Assembly: GCF_001194135.2 (NCBI RefSeq)
Contig: NC_068983.1
Coordinates: 71,984,140-72,048,139, forward strand
Origin: Octopus bimaculoides
Lineage: Eukaryota
Direction: 5' to 3'
DNA: 64,000 bases
Positions 24,006 to 37,674 of this stretch are shown here, in pieces. Each line of letters opens with the position of its first letter. Position 1 is the first letter of the stretch. Under the pieces are notes generated by a model that was not told the DNA's origin, ran no database searches, and saw only the letters and a list, made by a program, of their open reading frames with translations. The position numbers and the translations under genes were made by a program.

Positions 24006-26383
24006 ACCTTGATGATGATGATGATGGTGATGGTGATGATGATGATGATGATGATGAATGAATACTTCTAGTTTTAAATTTGAAATATTTTCATTTGAGT
24101 TAGAATTTTTATTTTAAGCAACTGACAGCTAAAGGTGTTGGCTACTTTCTCAAATTTGAAAGATACCCAGAGTTTCTCACTATGTGAATTTCTTCAAGCA
24201 ACAGATCTCCCTCTCTCTCTCTCTCTCTCTCTCTATCTCAGTGTATACACACACACACACACACACATATATCTATACATACATACATACATCCAGAGAG
24301 AGAGAAGTGATTGCTTTGTTCCTTTATGGACTGTGTGCCCATTTATACATCACCCACTTGTGAAGTCAACAATTGTCCTATACACACAAATGTGCATGTG
24401 TGAGCATGTGTGTGTATGTGTGTGTGTGTGAGTGTGCATTAGATAAGAATGTATCAAAATAAACCAACAATGGATATAGGCAATTAGTCCTCAGATTGGA
24501 CCAAATACCTAAACTCCAACACTGAATGAAAGAAGAGTGAATCTAGGCAAACAAGAGTAGGTGATAAGCAATGTACCGGTCAAGCTACACACACGCATGC
24601 ACAATTTTTGCTTATTTTCTAGAACAAAAACATAAATGAGCTCAACATTCTTGTGTTAGAATTGTAAAGAACCTGGCTGTCATATGCAAAGTAAACAAGG
24701 TCCAAAGCAAAGTTGTATTAAATTGATCATTTGCTCAATCAGAAGGTAAACTGAATGAAATTTTGGTCCAAGTAATATGTAATCCTGTTTACTTTACATA
24801 TAACAAGCACGCACACGCACACACTCAACCACATCAACACACACTCAACATCAACAACAACACACATAGGATTTGCATGGAAGCGTGTAGAGTATGCCAT
24901 GTTTTATCCCTAAATACATGGCATGCTATACAAGCTAATCCATCTATTTTACTATCAGAAGCATGAAACTTATAAAAGCTTGTACTTAAATCCTGTGCAT
25001 GTTAAATAAAGTGATATTTGTCTCTCATTGGATGGAGTACTTTCTGTGTTGACCCCACCAATAACAGAAAAGTACACTACATATATATGTGTATGTGTGT
25101 GTGCATGTATGCAGTCCACTCTGTAAAATAGATGGCATTAGGAAGGGCATCCAGCTATAAAATACATACCAAAACAGACAGTGAGGCTTGGTGCAGTCCT
25201 CTGGCTTACTAGCTCTTGTCAAACAGTGCATCCCATGCCAACATGGAAGATCGACATTGAATTATGATGATGATGATATATACAGGAGCACAAGAGACAC
25301 AGTGTTATCACAGGCAGGCTGACAAAGTGGAAAGACTTCATATGTAACAGACGCATAAGAGTAATTATCAGTAAGAAAATCCATGAAATAAATGTTTTCA
25401 AATGCCTGCAAGGCTCCCTAAAGTTAATTTTTGTTACCTAGGTGACCTAAATAATAGTGGAGGTGGGTGTTCTGAAAAAAACATATTAGTCTCAGTGAGA
25501 AAAAGTTTAGAGAACTATCGTGTGTACTAGTAACAAAGGGATTCTATTTTCAAGTTAAGATAAATTGTATGCTTGCCTACGAATTGTAAAGTTACATGAC
25601 AGTAAAACATGGCTGGGAGAAATAATGTGAGCATACTTCAGTGTATGGGTTATATTATTGCACATAATAGACAGAGTGCAAATGAACTGCAAGAAAAATT
25701 GGGCACAAAAGGAATCAGTTTTAGTATACAAGAGAAGACAGTGCTGACATTTTATGTGGAATAAATTAGCAGAAGATGAAGACCAAGGAAGACATGGAAT
25801 AAGTGATGAAGTCTGATCTCAGAATGCTGAACATCATAAAGGAAGTAGTACAAGGGACAACACAAGTGGTAAGATGTTGTGCTGAAGGTAACCTGTCCAA
25901 CATATGATGATAATGACAATAGCAATGATGAGGTGTGTACGTATATATTACATATGATTACATACATACATATGTATGTATGTATGTATGTACGTATGTA
26001 TGGATGTATCATCATATAATGTCCTCTTTTGCATGTATGCATGGGTCAGATGACATTTGTTGAGGCAGATTTTTCTATAACCAGATACTCTTCCAGTTAC
26101 TAAACCTCACCTGTTTCTAAGCAAGGTAATATTTTCATATAGCTAGACATAAATTTCATGAAAGACTGGATACAATCTTGCTTATAGGATAGTAATGTTC
26201 ATTTACAAGTATCACAAGATGTCTAGACAAAGGTACACACAAACACACACACATGTGTGTGTGTGTGTGNNNNNNNNNNNNNNNNNNNNNNNNNNNNNNN
26301 NNNNNNNNNNNNNNNNNNNNNNNNNNNNNNNNNNNNNNNNNNNNNNNNNNNNNNNNNNNNNNNNNNNNNNNNNNNNNNNNNNN

Positions 26384-26421
<38 letters not shown>

Positions 26422-28306
26422 ATGTGTATATATCTAGGGCTTCTTTCAATTTCTGGTTGATAAATCCAGTCACAAAGCTTTGGTTGGCCCAGGGCTATAT
26501 TAGAAGATCTTACCCAAGGTAGGGCTGAACCCAACACGACCTAGTTGGGAAACAAGCTTCTCAACTGCACAGCTATACCTGAACCTATATACACACACAC
26601 ACACATGCATACGTACATATATACATATGTGAATAAATGTTTGAACACTGTCCTGCTGGAAAAAGAATTGATGGTACATACGAGTAATATGTTGAAAACA
26701 GTTGTTCTTGAATGGCTTAGCAGCAGTTTATAACCAGTGAGCTTCATATTATAGCTCACCAGTGCACACAACTAGGCTACCATATAACTGAGAAATCTCT
26801 TCATGAGTTTGCTCAATGCAACAGGATGCTATTTTAATATAAGTTCCATAAAGGTCAAATCAACAGTTGATGGATTTCCATTTCATTTACGTCACTTAAA
26901 AAATTGTTTTACGTTAATTTTTTCACCCTTATATAGATCAATAACTTTTGTGATAGAGGAATTTTTTTTTAACAGCAAGATATCTATTATGCTGTCAACA
27001 ATATGAGTGGAATAAGAAAAAGAAGTCAGAGTTAATTGCCTTGAGTATGAACAAAGCAAAATAGCTGAAGTAAATTTTGAACTGCTGCTTAGGTGTTCAA
27101 ATAGCGATAACTAGATTTGAGCTTAAGACCATGTAGACAGTAAGCAATCCAGAATTTTATTTAACCTTAGAGTTATTGAATCTCTTAACTTACAGTTGTA
27201 TAAGATAGATAGAATATGAAGAACAACAATCATAATATTCAAATGGAGCAATAATATTTAAAATTTTAAAACCTGGTTCCTACATAAATGCATTTAAAAG
27301 ACATGCATTTGTAAATTCACTAGGTGTGTAGTCAAAGCATTAATTCTCAACCAGTTTATAAGAATAAAGTCAGTCCTTTTATGTGTATTATAATTGGTGG
27401 AATTTATCATGGTATGTTTCAATTTAATACAAGAGACTGAAGTCAGGAAGACACCTGAAAAACCTGCAATAAAAATAACTGTGTTACTTGTCTTCATTTC
27501 TTAGACAAACCATTACCGGAGGAGAATACATTGATTAGACAGTTAACTTTACCTGTGTTTCTTAAGTACACTGCTTACTGTTTTATTTTATCTGACAATA
27601 GTTCTACATACAAACCCAAGTATATGGTGGATGGATGACAAAATTGGTAGAATGTAGGACAAAACACCTTATGGTATTTGGTCATGTTACTTTATTTTTC
27701 AGAGTTCAAATCCCATCCAAGTCCAGTTTGCCTTTCCTTTAGGTAGTTGATAAAATAAGTAGCAATCAGTAAAAGATGTATGCAGTTGATATGATTAACT
27801 GCACTTTCGAAGGTATTGCTCCAGAAAAGTTACACTCCAATGACTGAAGTCAGTAAAAAAATATAAACTTACTTCAGTGTACAAAAAAGGATGAGATGGT
27901 GCTCAATAGGTAGACAGACAATTCATCAGCAGACAGTTGGCCAGCAGACAAAATATAGACAGGACAATTGTGTGGTATGGTGCAGAGTCCTGTTGCCAGA
28001 CATAGGGTGTTCCAGCAGCCACCCTCTTGACTCAGGGTAGCACAACCTCCTCCAGGCACTTGATATAGGCCTACATATTGAGTCTGAGACTGTATGGGAA
28101 TTGTCTGTCAACAAATTGTTTGCAGACATGCTCAATAGATGCATATTATTCAAAGCTGTTTATATTATGATACAACAGAAGTCAACTTCAGCATGAAGGA
28201 AAATACTGCTACAAATTTAAAAAAAAAGTCAAATAAATGCACATGAAATTTAAAACAAAAAACTTAAACTACAATTAAATGTATTTAAATAAAAGTATGG
28301 GTTTAC

Positions 28307-29478
28307 CTTTTGCCGAAGTTGTGCTTTTTGGAATGATTCTAGATCTTTGAAACTGTGAATGACTTTTGCATTTTCATCAGCACTGCAGGACAGATCTTCT
28401 TCAGAGCTGTCTAATAGCCTCAAGTAACGATGCTGTTTTTTGCCTAAAACTGGGCTATAATGTTTGCTTTTACCACGTAACACTTCCTCTCTTAGTCTTC
28501 GTGTAGGTGTGTCCATCTTTGGACTTCGACGAACAGGTGATGAAGGCAGAGAAGCGCTCTGTTTGATTTCTTGGCTTGATATTCCTCGATTTAGAGTTGA
28601 TTCTTTTACTGAATCTGATAAAATATTGATTCCTGTATCAACTGAACCATGCTTTTTAAGAGTTCTTTTGATTGGGGAATGATGGGGGCTGCATGTACTT
28701 TCTGATGCACTATCATCTTCAGTAGTAGTTGAGTCTATGCTTGTTCGGTAATAATGAGCAAACGGGGATGGTTTTTCTAAAGTGTCACTGTCTGGGAGGG
28801 AGTCCTGATGAGCAAAATACAAACGAGGTTGGTTTTCTCTGGCAGTAACAGGGACTAATTGGCTACAGTCCTGAATAGTGTTTGCTTCTAATGGCAGCTC
28901 AGAGTTATCACCACCCTCATCATCAATGTACCTAAGACTCTGACGTGCTGGATCAGCCCAGCGTGGCATATCATCAGACATGTCAGTTCGTAAAATTTCT
29001 TCTAATTCAGTTTTTGGTTGTTTAGAACTTTCACTGAGTACAAGGCTCTGTTGCCCTGTATCCAGTGTAATTTTAGGTGGGTTTGCATTAGTAGGAACTT
29101 TTGGTCTTGCTCCTAAACATTGATAACCATCTTTTGATATTACCCCATCACTGCTGTTAGAGTTCACTATACAGTTATTTGCTGTCTCAAAGTGTATATC
29201 ACGTGGATTCATGCTCACCTGAGAAATTTTAGCAGGTTGGAGTTGGTTGGTTTTATTGGCAGGAAAACCTGTGAAATTTGGTCCTTCAGAAGATTTTGCT
29301 GCTAAGCTTTCCCGGTCAATAATAATTGGAGATTCAATATGATTACCTATAGAATTTGTTCCAAATGGTTCCATTGGATAGTGTGCAGCTATCCTTGAGT
29401 TAGGATCAATAGAAGATTCTGGAATGATGCTAACATCTGGTACTGTGGCTCCACCAACAACACTGACAATTTCAAGCC
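28307..29478 (-). CDS. TULP4: Large (1172 nt) internal exon encoding a Ser/Pro-rich low-complexity region, next exon of TULP4
   Basis: Open frame of 390 codons (ORF 28250..29374 extended 5'). Acceptor tttttttttgttttag|GG CTT and donor CAAAAG|gtaaac. Phase 1 start joins the upstream exon's terminal T to give TGG (Trp) in frame. TULP4 has a long disordered region at this position. Confidence 0.85.
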
Positions 29479-29959
29479 CTAAAACAAAAAAAAAACAAAA
29501 AACAAATGTTAAAATTACTTAAAAAATAACTCTTAACTTAAGAAAGCAGAAAATTATCTTAGATTCAGATATATTGTATTCTGAGAATTTTTATACATTT
29601 CGTTTTTAGCACACTATATGCATAGTAACACTACAAAGACACATTACAGGTATATTGGACTGCTAAGACATGATGTAAATGGATCTTCATATGTAAATTG
29701 AGTATTTCACAGACACGTGTGTCTTTAATTCTAAGAATCAATATAACAGATTATGAAAAAGCTACTACTTTGAAGTACAGATACACTTCATCCAATGAGC
29801 TTTCAAACAGTTCCTTTTTGCCCAATATCACTTGGTCTATCTAAGGCTATCATAAAAGACATTAGCTCAAAATGCCACACAGTGAAATCAAATCCAGGAT
29901 GACATAATTATAAAGCAAATTTCTTAACCATTTCTTTATACCTCTGGGACACACTTCTA

Positions 29960-30400
29960 AAATGTTTACTGAGATACACTGCAGGCTGTCTCCATTGCTA
30001 AGGCACATTAAATGTGTTTACACTGTCAAGACATACTATAGACATGATTACACTGACCCCACCACCACCACCACAAAAAAATCCACTTCAGACATCTTTG
30101 CATTGTTTAGATACACTACAGACATATCAACAGTGCCAAGGAAAATTACACACATGTTTACAGTACTGAGACATGCTGCACAAAGGTTTACACTGCTAAG
30201 GCATAACACTTTCATAATGCTATGATACATTAGACATATTTATACTACTAGAACATACTACAACCATGATTACACAGCTAAAATACAGCAGGCATGTTTA
30301 TAATGAGTGTATGTTTACATTACCAAGACACACTGCAGATATGTCCACACAGCTAAGACATAATTAAAACACAGAACACAAATGTTACACCACTAAGATA
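29960..30400. repeat. Degenerate ~30-bp minisatellite (approx. acatgtttacactgctaagacacactgcag)
   Basis: About a dozen diverged units visible by eye. Confidence 0.6.
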
Positions 30401-31439
30401 GTTCACGTTCAAACTCATTCAGATTAGATTTGTATTTTTTCAAATCTTCTAGTTCCTTATCCACTATTCAATAAACAGTTATGTATGCTGTAATATATGT
30501 TGAGTGTCTTACTTTTTTAATAGATTAAGATATCCATGAAAAAGAGCAGAAATACATTTAGCCTGTAAAATTATATTCTGTAAGGCAACACTTTAAGATA
30601 GAACTCTGGAATTTATTTGGAAAGTATCATACAGATAGCAGTAAGACTTGTTGATCAATGTTTTCTAATAAAAATAGTCCTTTCAGATAAGTGTTCATTA
30701 ACTGATGTTAACTCAAATCGATAAGTTACTCAGTATTTATAAATGTTTACCTCAATCTAACACCATTCACTGTCTCATAACACTGGCTGAAAATGGATTA
30801 GGTTATTCTCAGAAATCAAAATATTTTATTCAGCTTTCTGTTAATACACTCTGAGTGTTATTCTGAGTTGTGTGTTGGGGAATATGAGATAAAACTGCTT
30901 AAAATTTGTGTTTCTGATCATTTGACCTTTGCTTTATTTTTTGTTAACCAACAATATATTGTTATGGATAAGAACTAAGCTTCCGATTCATGTAATATTA
31001 ATGAATTTAAAGGATTTCAATAAAAATGAAGTGTTGACTTTAACGCAGTATGGAAAATTCACATAGTGATACACAAGATTAATGATATGTTTCTACCTTG
31101 CTTATGATTAAAATGTCATGGGTTCAATTTCAAGCAGCACTTTGTGTCTTTGAGTAAGGCACATCATTTTATGTTACTCCACTGTACTCAGCCGAAAATG
31201 AGCACCAGCTGTCTGGTAGTGCAGTTCTCTCTCTCTCCTCCAGCCGTCACATTTTTTATTTTCCACAGGGAGAGCTAAGAGAGAGTCCATGCTTACTCAT
31301 GGCTACATAGGCACCTAAAACAATTCATGAAAGCATGGTACATGCTATAAGGTTACACTTGCATGAAAGTGACAGCTGTGCTTTTCAATCATCATCATCT
31401 TCATGATAATTTCAGGTGTAAAATTCTTTAAAAATTGAA

Positions 31440-32480
31440 TATATAAAAATCTTCAAAAACTTCTTTTAAAAATATTTATTTTTAACAAAATGTTTCAATG
31501 TTAAATAGAACAACTTATAGTCTTTTATAACTGCTTTTGCAGAGGAGTTCAAGACTAGCTGTCTATGGGAACTCCTGTATGCAGTTGAACTAGTTCTTAT
31601 AGATGAATCTGTGGAAGATTTAGAGAAGAAATTCCAGATATGGAAACAAAATCTAGAATTGAGGAACCTCAAAATAAACTTAACATAGACCAAAGTATTA
31701 GCAGGTTGGAAAAAAGTTAGGATCTTCCTTTCATCAAGGAAAGGCTATGCTTAGTATGCAGAAAAGAAGTATGCAGCAATTCTATTTGATGTACCTAGTG
31801 TTAAGTATGGAAGCACAAGAAATGTAGTGATAACAGGCTGGTGGAAAAGGCAGTCTTTGTATGTGATAGAAACAGGTGGCCGAAGATTACACATGAAATG
31901 CTCGGAAGATTCCCCAGAAGTAGCTGACTGCTTTTATTACTTAGGTGGCCAAATTAGAAGTGAAGATGGGTATTCTGAAACCATAGAAGCTTGAGTAAGA
32001 ACAGAGTGGAAAAAGTTACGGAACTATTACCTTTGCTGGTAAAAAAAAAAAAGGTTTCTCTCTCAGAGTGAAAGACAGATTGTATGATGCTTGTATACGA
32101 AGTAGTTACAGAGAAGAGAATACCTTGAATACGGAAGATTTGCAAAAATATGAAGTAAGCATGTTCTGCTGAATGTGTATATCAGTTTTTTTAAAAGGTG
32201 GAGCACAAATGAAGTGAGAGAAAAGCATGATTTCTCTGAAATCATATGTAGTGTGAAAAGAGAAGACAGTGCTGGTATGGACAAGTAACACAAATGAGGG
32301 ATATCAGTTGTATAAAGAAGTGCTGTAATGTTGCAGCTGTGGGAGAGGGAGATCTAGGAATACATGGAACAAAGTGGCAACAGCAGATCTCAAGATGATA
32401 AATCACACCAAAGATAAAGGACTGTAATAGGAAATCTGCACACTTGCTATTATGGCAAAATAGACATTGTGGTTTAGATG
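31440..32480 (+). mobile_element. Highly degenerate RTE LINE fragment. Similar remnants at ~20190-20800, 53520-53800 and 56400-57100 (plus).
   Basis: Homologous by eye to the RTEs at 125-2335 and 37675-39540 (KKFQIWKQNLE, FYYLGGQI and RLYDACI-like segments). Confidence 0.7.
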
Positions 32481-35246
32481 CCACTCCACCGTGATTACTC
32501 TCTCATTTTCCACTCACCCACTTACTTCTTCACTCTTCTATGTTACTTAAGTAATTAGGGGCACCACTGGATTTATACCTGACTCTACAACCACTTTTTA
32601 TCACTCTATCTTTGTTCTATCATCACAGCATCTGTAATAAAGGATAGCATCAGATCTGTTCATATGCAGAACCCCCAGCCATCAGTGTTCTTCACTGCTA
32701 GTGAACATCCTCTTTTCTACATGCCAAGGTTCACTGTCACTCCCACCTCTCTTGTACAATTACCTGTCTTTATTGCTATCCATCATTCCATTTTCTCTTA
32801 CTATCAGCCATTTATATTTTCATCCTCTAATTCTTCACTCCTTTTTATATTTCTTCCTTCTATCACTGTTTATTGACACATATCACTTCCATTTCTCCCC
32901 TTCTTCACTACCTTTTCTCACCCTATCACTCCCTCTTTTCTCATAATGTTGTTCATAATGATATTTTTTCATAGTGCTTTTTTTTTATTCAATCTCTTTA
33001 CCAAAAATCAACATGTAGCTGCCTATCATACTCTCCCTTCCATTACTCCCTCTCCTACTATTCTGTCATTCTTATTCCTGTGTTTCTCTAAATTGCTCAC
33101 ACCCACACTCTCTTCTTTTATTCTCTTGCCAAAGTTCTCAATCATCACTCTGCTATCCACCCTCTTGGACTTACTCAACTTGAATGAACAGTGAAGACAA
33201 AATGTAAACAACATTTTAGTCTTACAAAAAAAAAGCAAGACAACCTTTTTAATGCAGGATCATAAAACATACCCAGCACACTAAAGTGGATGGCAAATGA
33301 ACAGAGGCAACATAATTTAGTCTTGCCAAAGGCATTATAACCTCTTCAGAGTTAGTGTCATGGTAAAATGCACCTAGTACACTCTGTGAAGTGGTGATGA
33401 TGATTTTTTAGTTGAATATGGTTATATAATAAATGTCCAACTTTTATCTTGTGGGGGATTTTTATTTTGTTTGTTACTAGAAGCCATTTAATAAAATGTC
33501 TGGATATGCAAATAAATACAGATTTCAAGAAGCACTATCAGGCAAAGAGTTGAAAGTTATATGTATCATTCAGATAATAATGTTCCTGCATGCTTGATCT
33601 CTACAAGCAACAAGCGTTTTTTTTTTCTTTCTTAGTCATCTTATTTTATGATACTTTGAAGCAACATTCTATAAGTACAAAGAGCTAAAGAAAATATCTT
33701 CTGAACTAAAACTAGCTTCTCTTTTTGGTAAACAGTATGAAAACCTTACCGATTCAAAGACATTATTTTCTTCATAACAATACTGACATTTTCAAACCAG
33801 TTTATAAAGCAGCAGATAACATAAGAGAATTATTGTTTGTTTCACTGCTGATGATGATCAAAGAAGAATTCAAAAGATTCTATCATATAAATGACTAAGC
33901 TTTTGTAACAAATATTTTTTACCCAAAGTTTACAGAACCAAAGCAATATGAAGCTTTTGAGTCTAATCTTGAATTCAAAGAACAAAATATCAAAATCAAT
34001 AATCAATTTTGAGAAAGGATAAAGATTTTATGACTGAATAAATTTGAAACAATTTCATGATATCAAAGTTGAATATTCTTTAAAGGATTATAAACTTTGT
34101 TAGATGAATATTATCATTGTTTTTGGAAGCTATTATATTTGATAATTTTTCTTGATTACTTGTAATATTTTCTTGTTTTTTTCCATTTGCTTCATTTCTC
34201 CATACAAAAATTAATACATTTAATTTACATACAGTTCTACTAAATAAATTCAAATTTAATTTGATTCTAAAATTGTTATTCATTTATAGATTCCTTTCTG
34301 GTTAACTGTATTTTTAACAAGTAATCTAATATTTTTGAAGAGATATATCCTTGAACAGTAAAAGAATTGATACTGTTATTCTATTGAGATGATGAAAATG
34401 TATATTTAAGCAATGATATTGGAAGAAGTAATCCAGGATTATATTACTGGAAGAGATTTTAAATGTTATCATTTGCAATATTATGAAATCAGTTTTGCCT
34501 CTGTTTGAGAATATGTATATGAAAAAAAGAGAAAAACAAAAAAAGAAAAGATAATAACTTGCAAAAGAGACTGAAGGAGAGATGAAGCAGTAAGAAGCAT
34601 GTATATAACTAAAGTGAGAGAGGGAAAAATGAAGAAGCACAAACTAGAGAAGTAGTTAGTGAATGGAAAGGTGGGTAAGAAGCAAACCACACAAAAGAAT
34701 GAGAGAGATGGCTAATGAGAAATAGAAAGTTATAGTAGCTGATACTGAGTATAACAGTTAAAGAGAAGAAGAGTGAGAGATAGGTAGTTTGAAAAAGGTA
34801 GAGCCATAGTTAATGTGAAAAAGGAAGCAAAATTTATTAATATATCTATGTAGAATGTGTTTAGTTGTTGTCATTAATTTTTTACAAATAGATTAGCTGT
34901 CTGTTCAAACTGAATCAGCAACAGTAAACTAGATATAGACATAATATTAGTTTTATTTGTCTTGTTCTTCTGCTTATATGGGATGCCATGGTTGTAATTT
35001 TATCACATGTATAATATTATGTGTACACTACAGTCAAATATAACCTCATAACTCTAGTGCTACGAAGGTAGCAGTATTAGCATTAAGCTTATTATTCTGA
35101 TTGAAAAATACCATGTTAGCAATAGCTAAATTCAGACTTGTATTCAACTCATGCAAGAAGAATTGTTCACAACAATAGCTACATCTGTTTTGTGATTTTA
35201 CTTGTGTGCATGCGCATGTATGTGTGTATGTATGCACATGCATATA

Positions 35247-35296
<50 letters not shown>

Positions 35297-35862
35297 TGTA
35301 TGTGTTTGCATGTACATATATATATATGCTTGATAGTTTGAAACAATACAACTGGAAGCATATCCCAGGAATCTTATACTATAGATAAGTTGTCAATGCA
35401 ACAATTGGTTGAATAGCAGGAAAGATGATGCAACAAATGGCAAGAAAAATGGCTGGAGCCTAGATTTAGCTGTGAAGACAACAGTATACAATAATAGGTG
35501 ATTTTCAACAGACTGACGGCCACAAAATTTGAGATTGTCCAATGAAGTAGAGACAGGTTACCAGGAAATACAGAACCATAATTATTTATATAATCAATCA
35601 TAAAAAAAATTTCCTTCAGCAGAAAAAAAAAAAGAAATTGATGTTGCATATGTTACTAGGTAATTAGTGACAAGATATTACCATAACATTTCAGTCAATA
35701 ATGAAGTAAACTGGCTTCTACAAGTCTTGGTTTAAATTTCCAAGCAGAATAAATAATATAAAATTTGCCATGTTTAACAAGTTAGTACATAACAATGTTA
35801 AAGTCATTAAACTTTTCTCTAGGGTCATGAACAAAAGGTGAAAAATTAAAACTATAACTCAC

Positions 35863-36100
35863 AGGGTCCATCTTCATCTTCCTCACCACACCCAGCAGGA
35901 GTGAAGTTAGGGTCGCGTGATAAAGCTTGTGTATCTCCAAGAAGCTCTGTCACCGTCACAGTCATTTGTCTTGGTTGAAGATGTAGTAAACTGGTTTTAT
36001 AGAGCACTTGACCCAAGTCTTCAGGCAATGAGTGGGCCACACCCAAAATTCCAAATTTTGTACCCCAGATATTTGATGAAACCTGTACAAGGCGGTTATT
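35863..36100 (-). CDS. TULP4: Internal coding exon of tubby-related protein 4 (238 nt, phase 0 start, phase 1 end)
   Basis: Translates [48 protein letters not shown]...EEDEDGP. This matches my recollection of the conserved TULP4 segment ([10 protein letters not shown]...[16 protein letters not shown]...SEDEDD). Acceptor ttatttttccag|AAT, donor CCCT|gtgagt. Confidence 0.92.
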
Positions 36101-36633
36101 CTGGAAAAATAACAAAAGAATCAAAACTTGTCATGAAAGAAGATTATTAATGCATTCATATACAGATTAGTCTCAAACTAATAGAAATTAACTGAATATA
36201 GAAGATACGCATATATCATAAAACATTTTAAAACAGCCTAGGAATACAAGCTGGGCTAAGTTCCATTTCACTGAAACCAAAATTTAGTAAAATTCAGATA
36301 TTCTTTTGTTTTTTTTTTTTAATTAAACCATAAAAAATTAACACTGAAAACAAATGTAAGTGTTGCAGTTGTTCAGTTGTCAACTCCCATGGAGCAGTTC
36401 AAAGGCATTCAAGCCATGACTATGTTTTTGTTTTTTCCTTTTTAAGAAACTGTGTATTTATGAAAACATTAGCCAGTGTGTTTTTTTCTTTTTGTGAGAC
36501 TGGAAGATGCAATTTGAAGTAGATTTGCTTGCTATTTGTAGCAATTTGAGAGACTGCACAAAGGCTCTTCCATGAGCTTGTGTCAGAGGATTAATATATG
36601 TTTGCAAGTAGCATGTGCGCACACACACACTTG

Positions 36634-36697
<64 letters not shown>

Positions 36698-37050
36698 AAA
36701 TAGAAATAATGGGTTACTTTATACATTTATTTATTTCTGCTTTCTTTATGTATCACTCTGTAAAAACATACTATCTTAACTGGGTAATGCAACCACAGAT
36801 TTACAAATTTGACTGGTGATGGACTTTGACTTTGGCTTTCAACCTCAGATTACCCGGAGTACAATACAGATCACAAGACTTTTTTTGTTAACCTGGTGAA
36901 TTTTATCTGCAGAGAGATTAAGAAGTAGTTTGCCTGGATTACTATTCCTTATTAATCCCTCTTTGTTTTGATAAGTATGTGTGTGTGTATCTATCTGTCT
37001 GTCTGTCTGTCTATCTCTCTCTCACTCTAGATATATATATGGAGATGTAT

Positions 37051-37400
37051 ACTTTATTATTAAAGCTGCAAAAACATCACAAAAATATCACAAAAGAACT
37101 TCTACTCAGAGTTTCATGTTCCTGTTTGTCAGGCAGATATGATCCAGATTCTGAATCATATCTGCCTAATAAATGGGAATGTGAAACTCTGAGTAGCACA
37201 AAAAGCTGCTACTCAGAGTTTCACTTTCCCGCTTGTCAGGCAGATGTGATCCAGAACGGAAATGTGAAACTCTGAGTAGCTGTTTTTTTTGTGATGTTTC
37301 TATGGCTTTAATAATAAAGCATATTACTCTACCTCTGAAATTTGAGCACTATTTTTTCCCCCATCTTGTTTCACATTTATGTTCTTACCCTGGTATCTCA
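37051..37400. mobile_element. Nested palindromic Penelope-like terminal-repeat element with four degenerate hammerhead copies
   Basis: Outer inverted arms 37051-37090 and 37285-37320. Inner copies at 37097-37136 (-), 37161-37198 (+), 37206-37243 (-) and 37254-37281 (+). Confidence 0.65.
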
Positions 37401-37674
37401 CTCTCTCTCTATATATATATGTGTGTGTGTGTATGCATATATAAATACATACACATGTTAAACAAACTATTCATTATACTTTAATTACTTCACATTCCCT
37501 GTTCAATTACACATTCATCAGACATCAATGTAATTTTACATGATTACTGAATAAAAATTTGTAAAACATCTGTTATGGTTATACAGGAAAAGGCCATTAC
37601 ATAAGGCATAAATGTTGATAGACATAAATAATTTATTCCTCTTTGCATGACACAATAATAGGAGAATGAAAATC

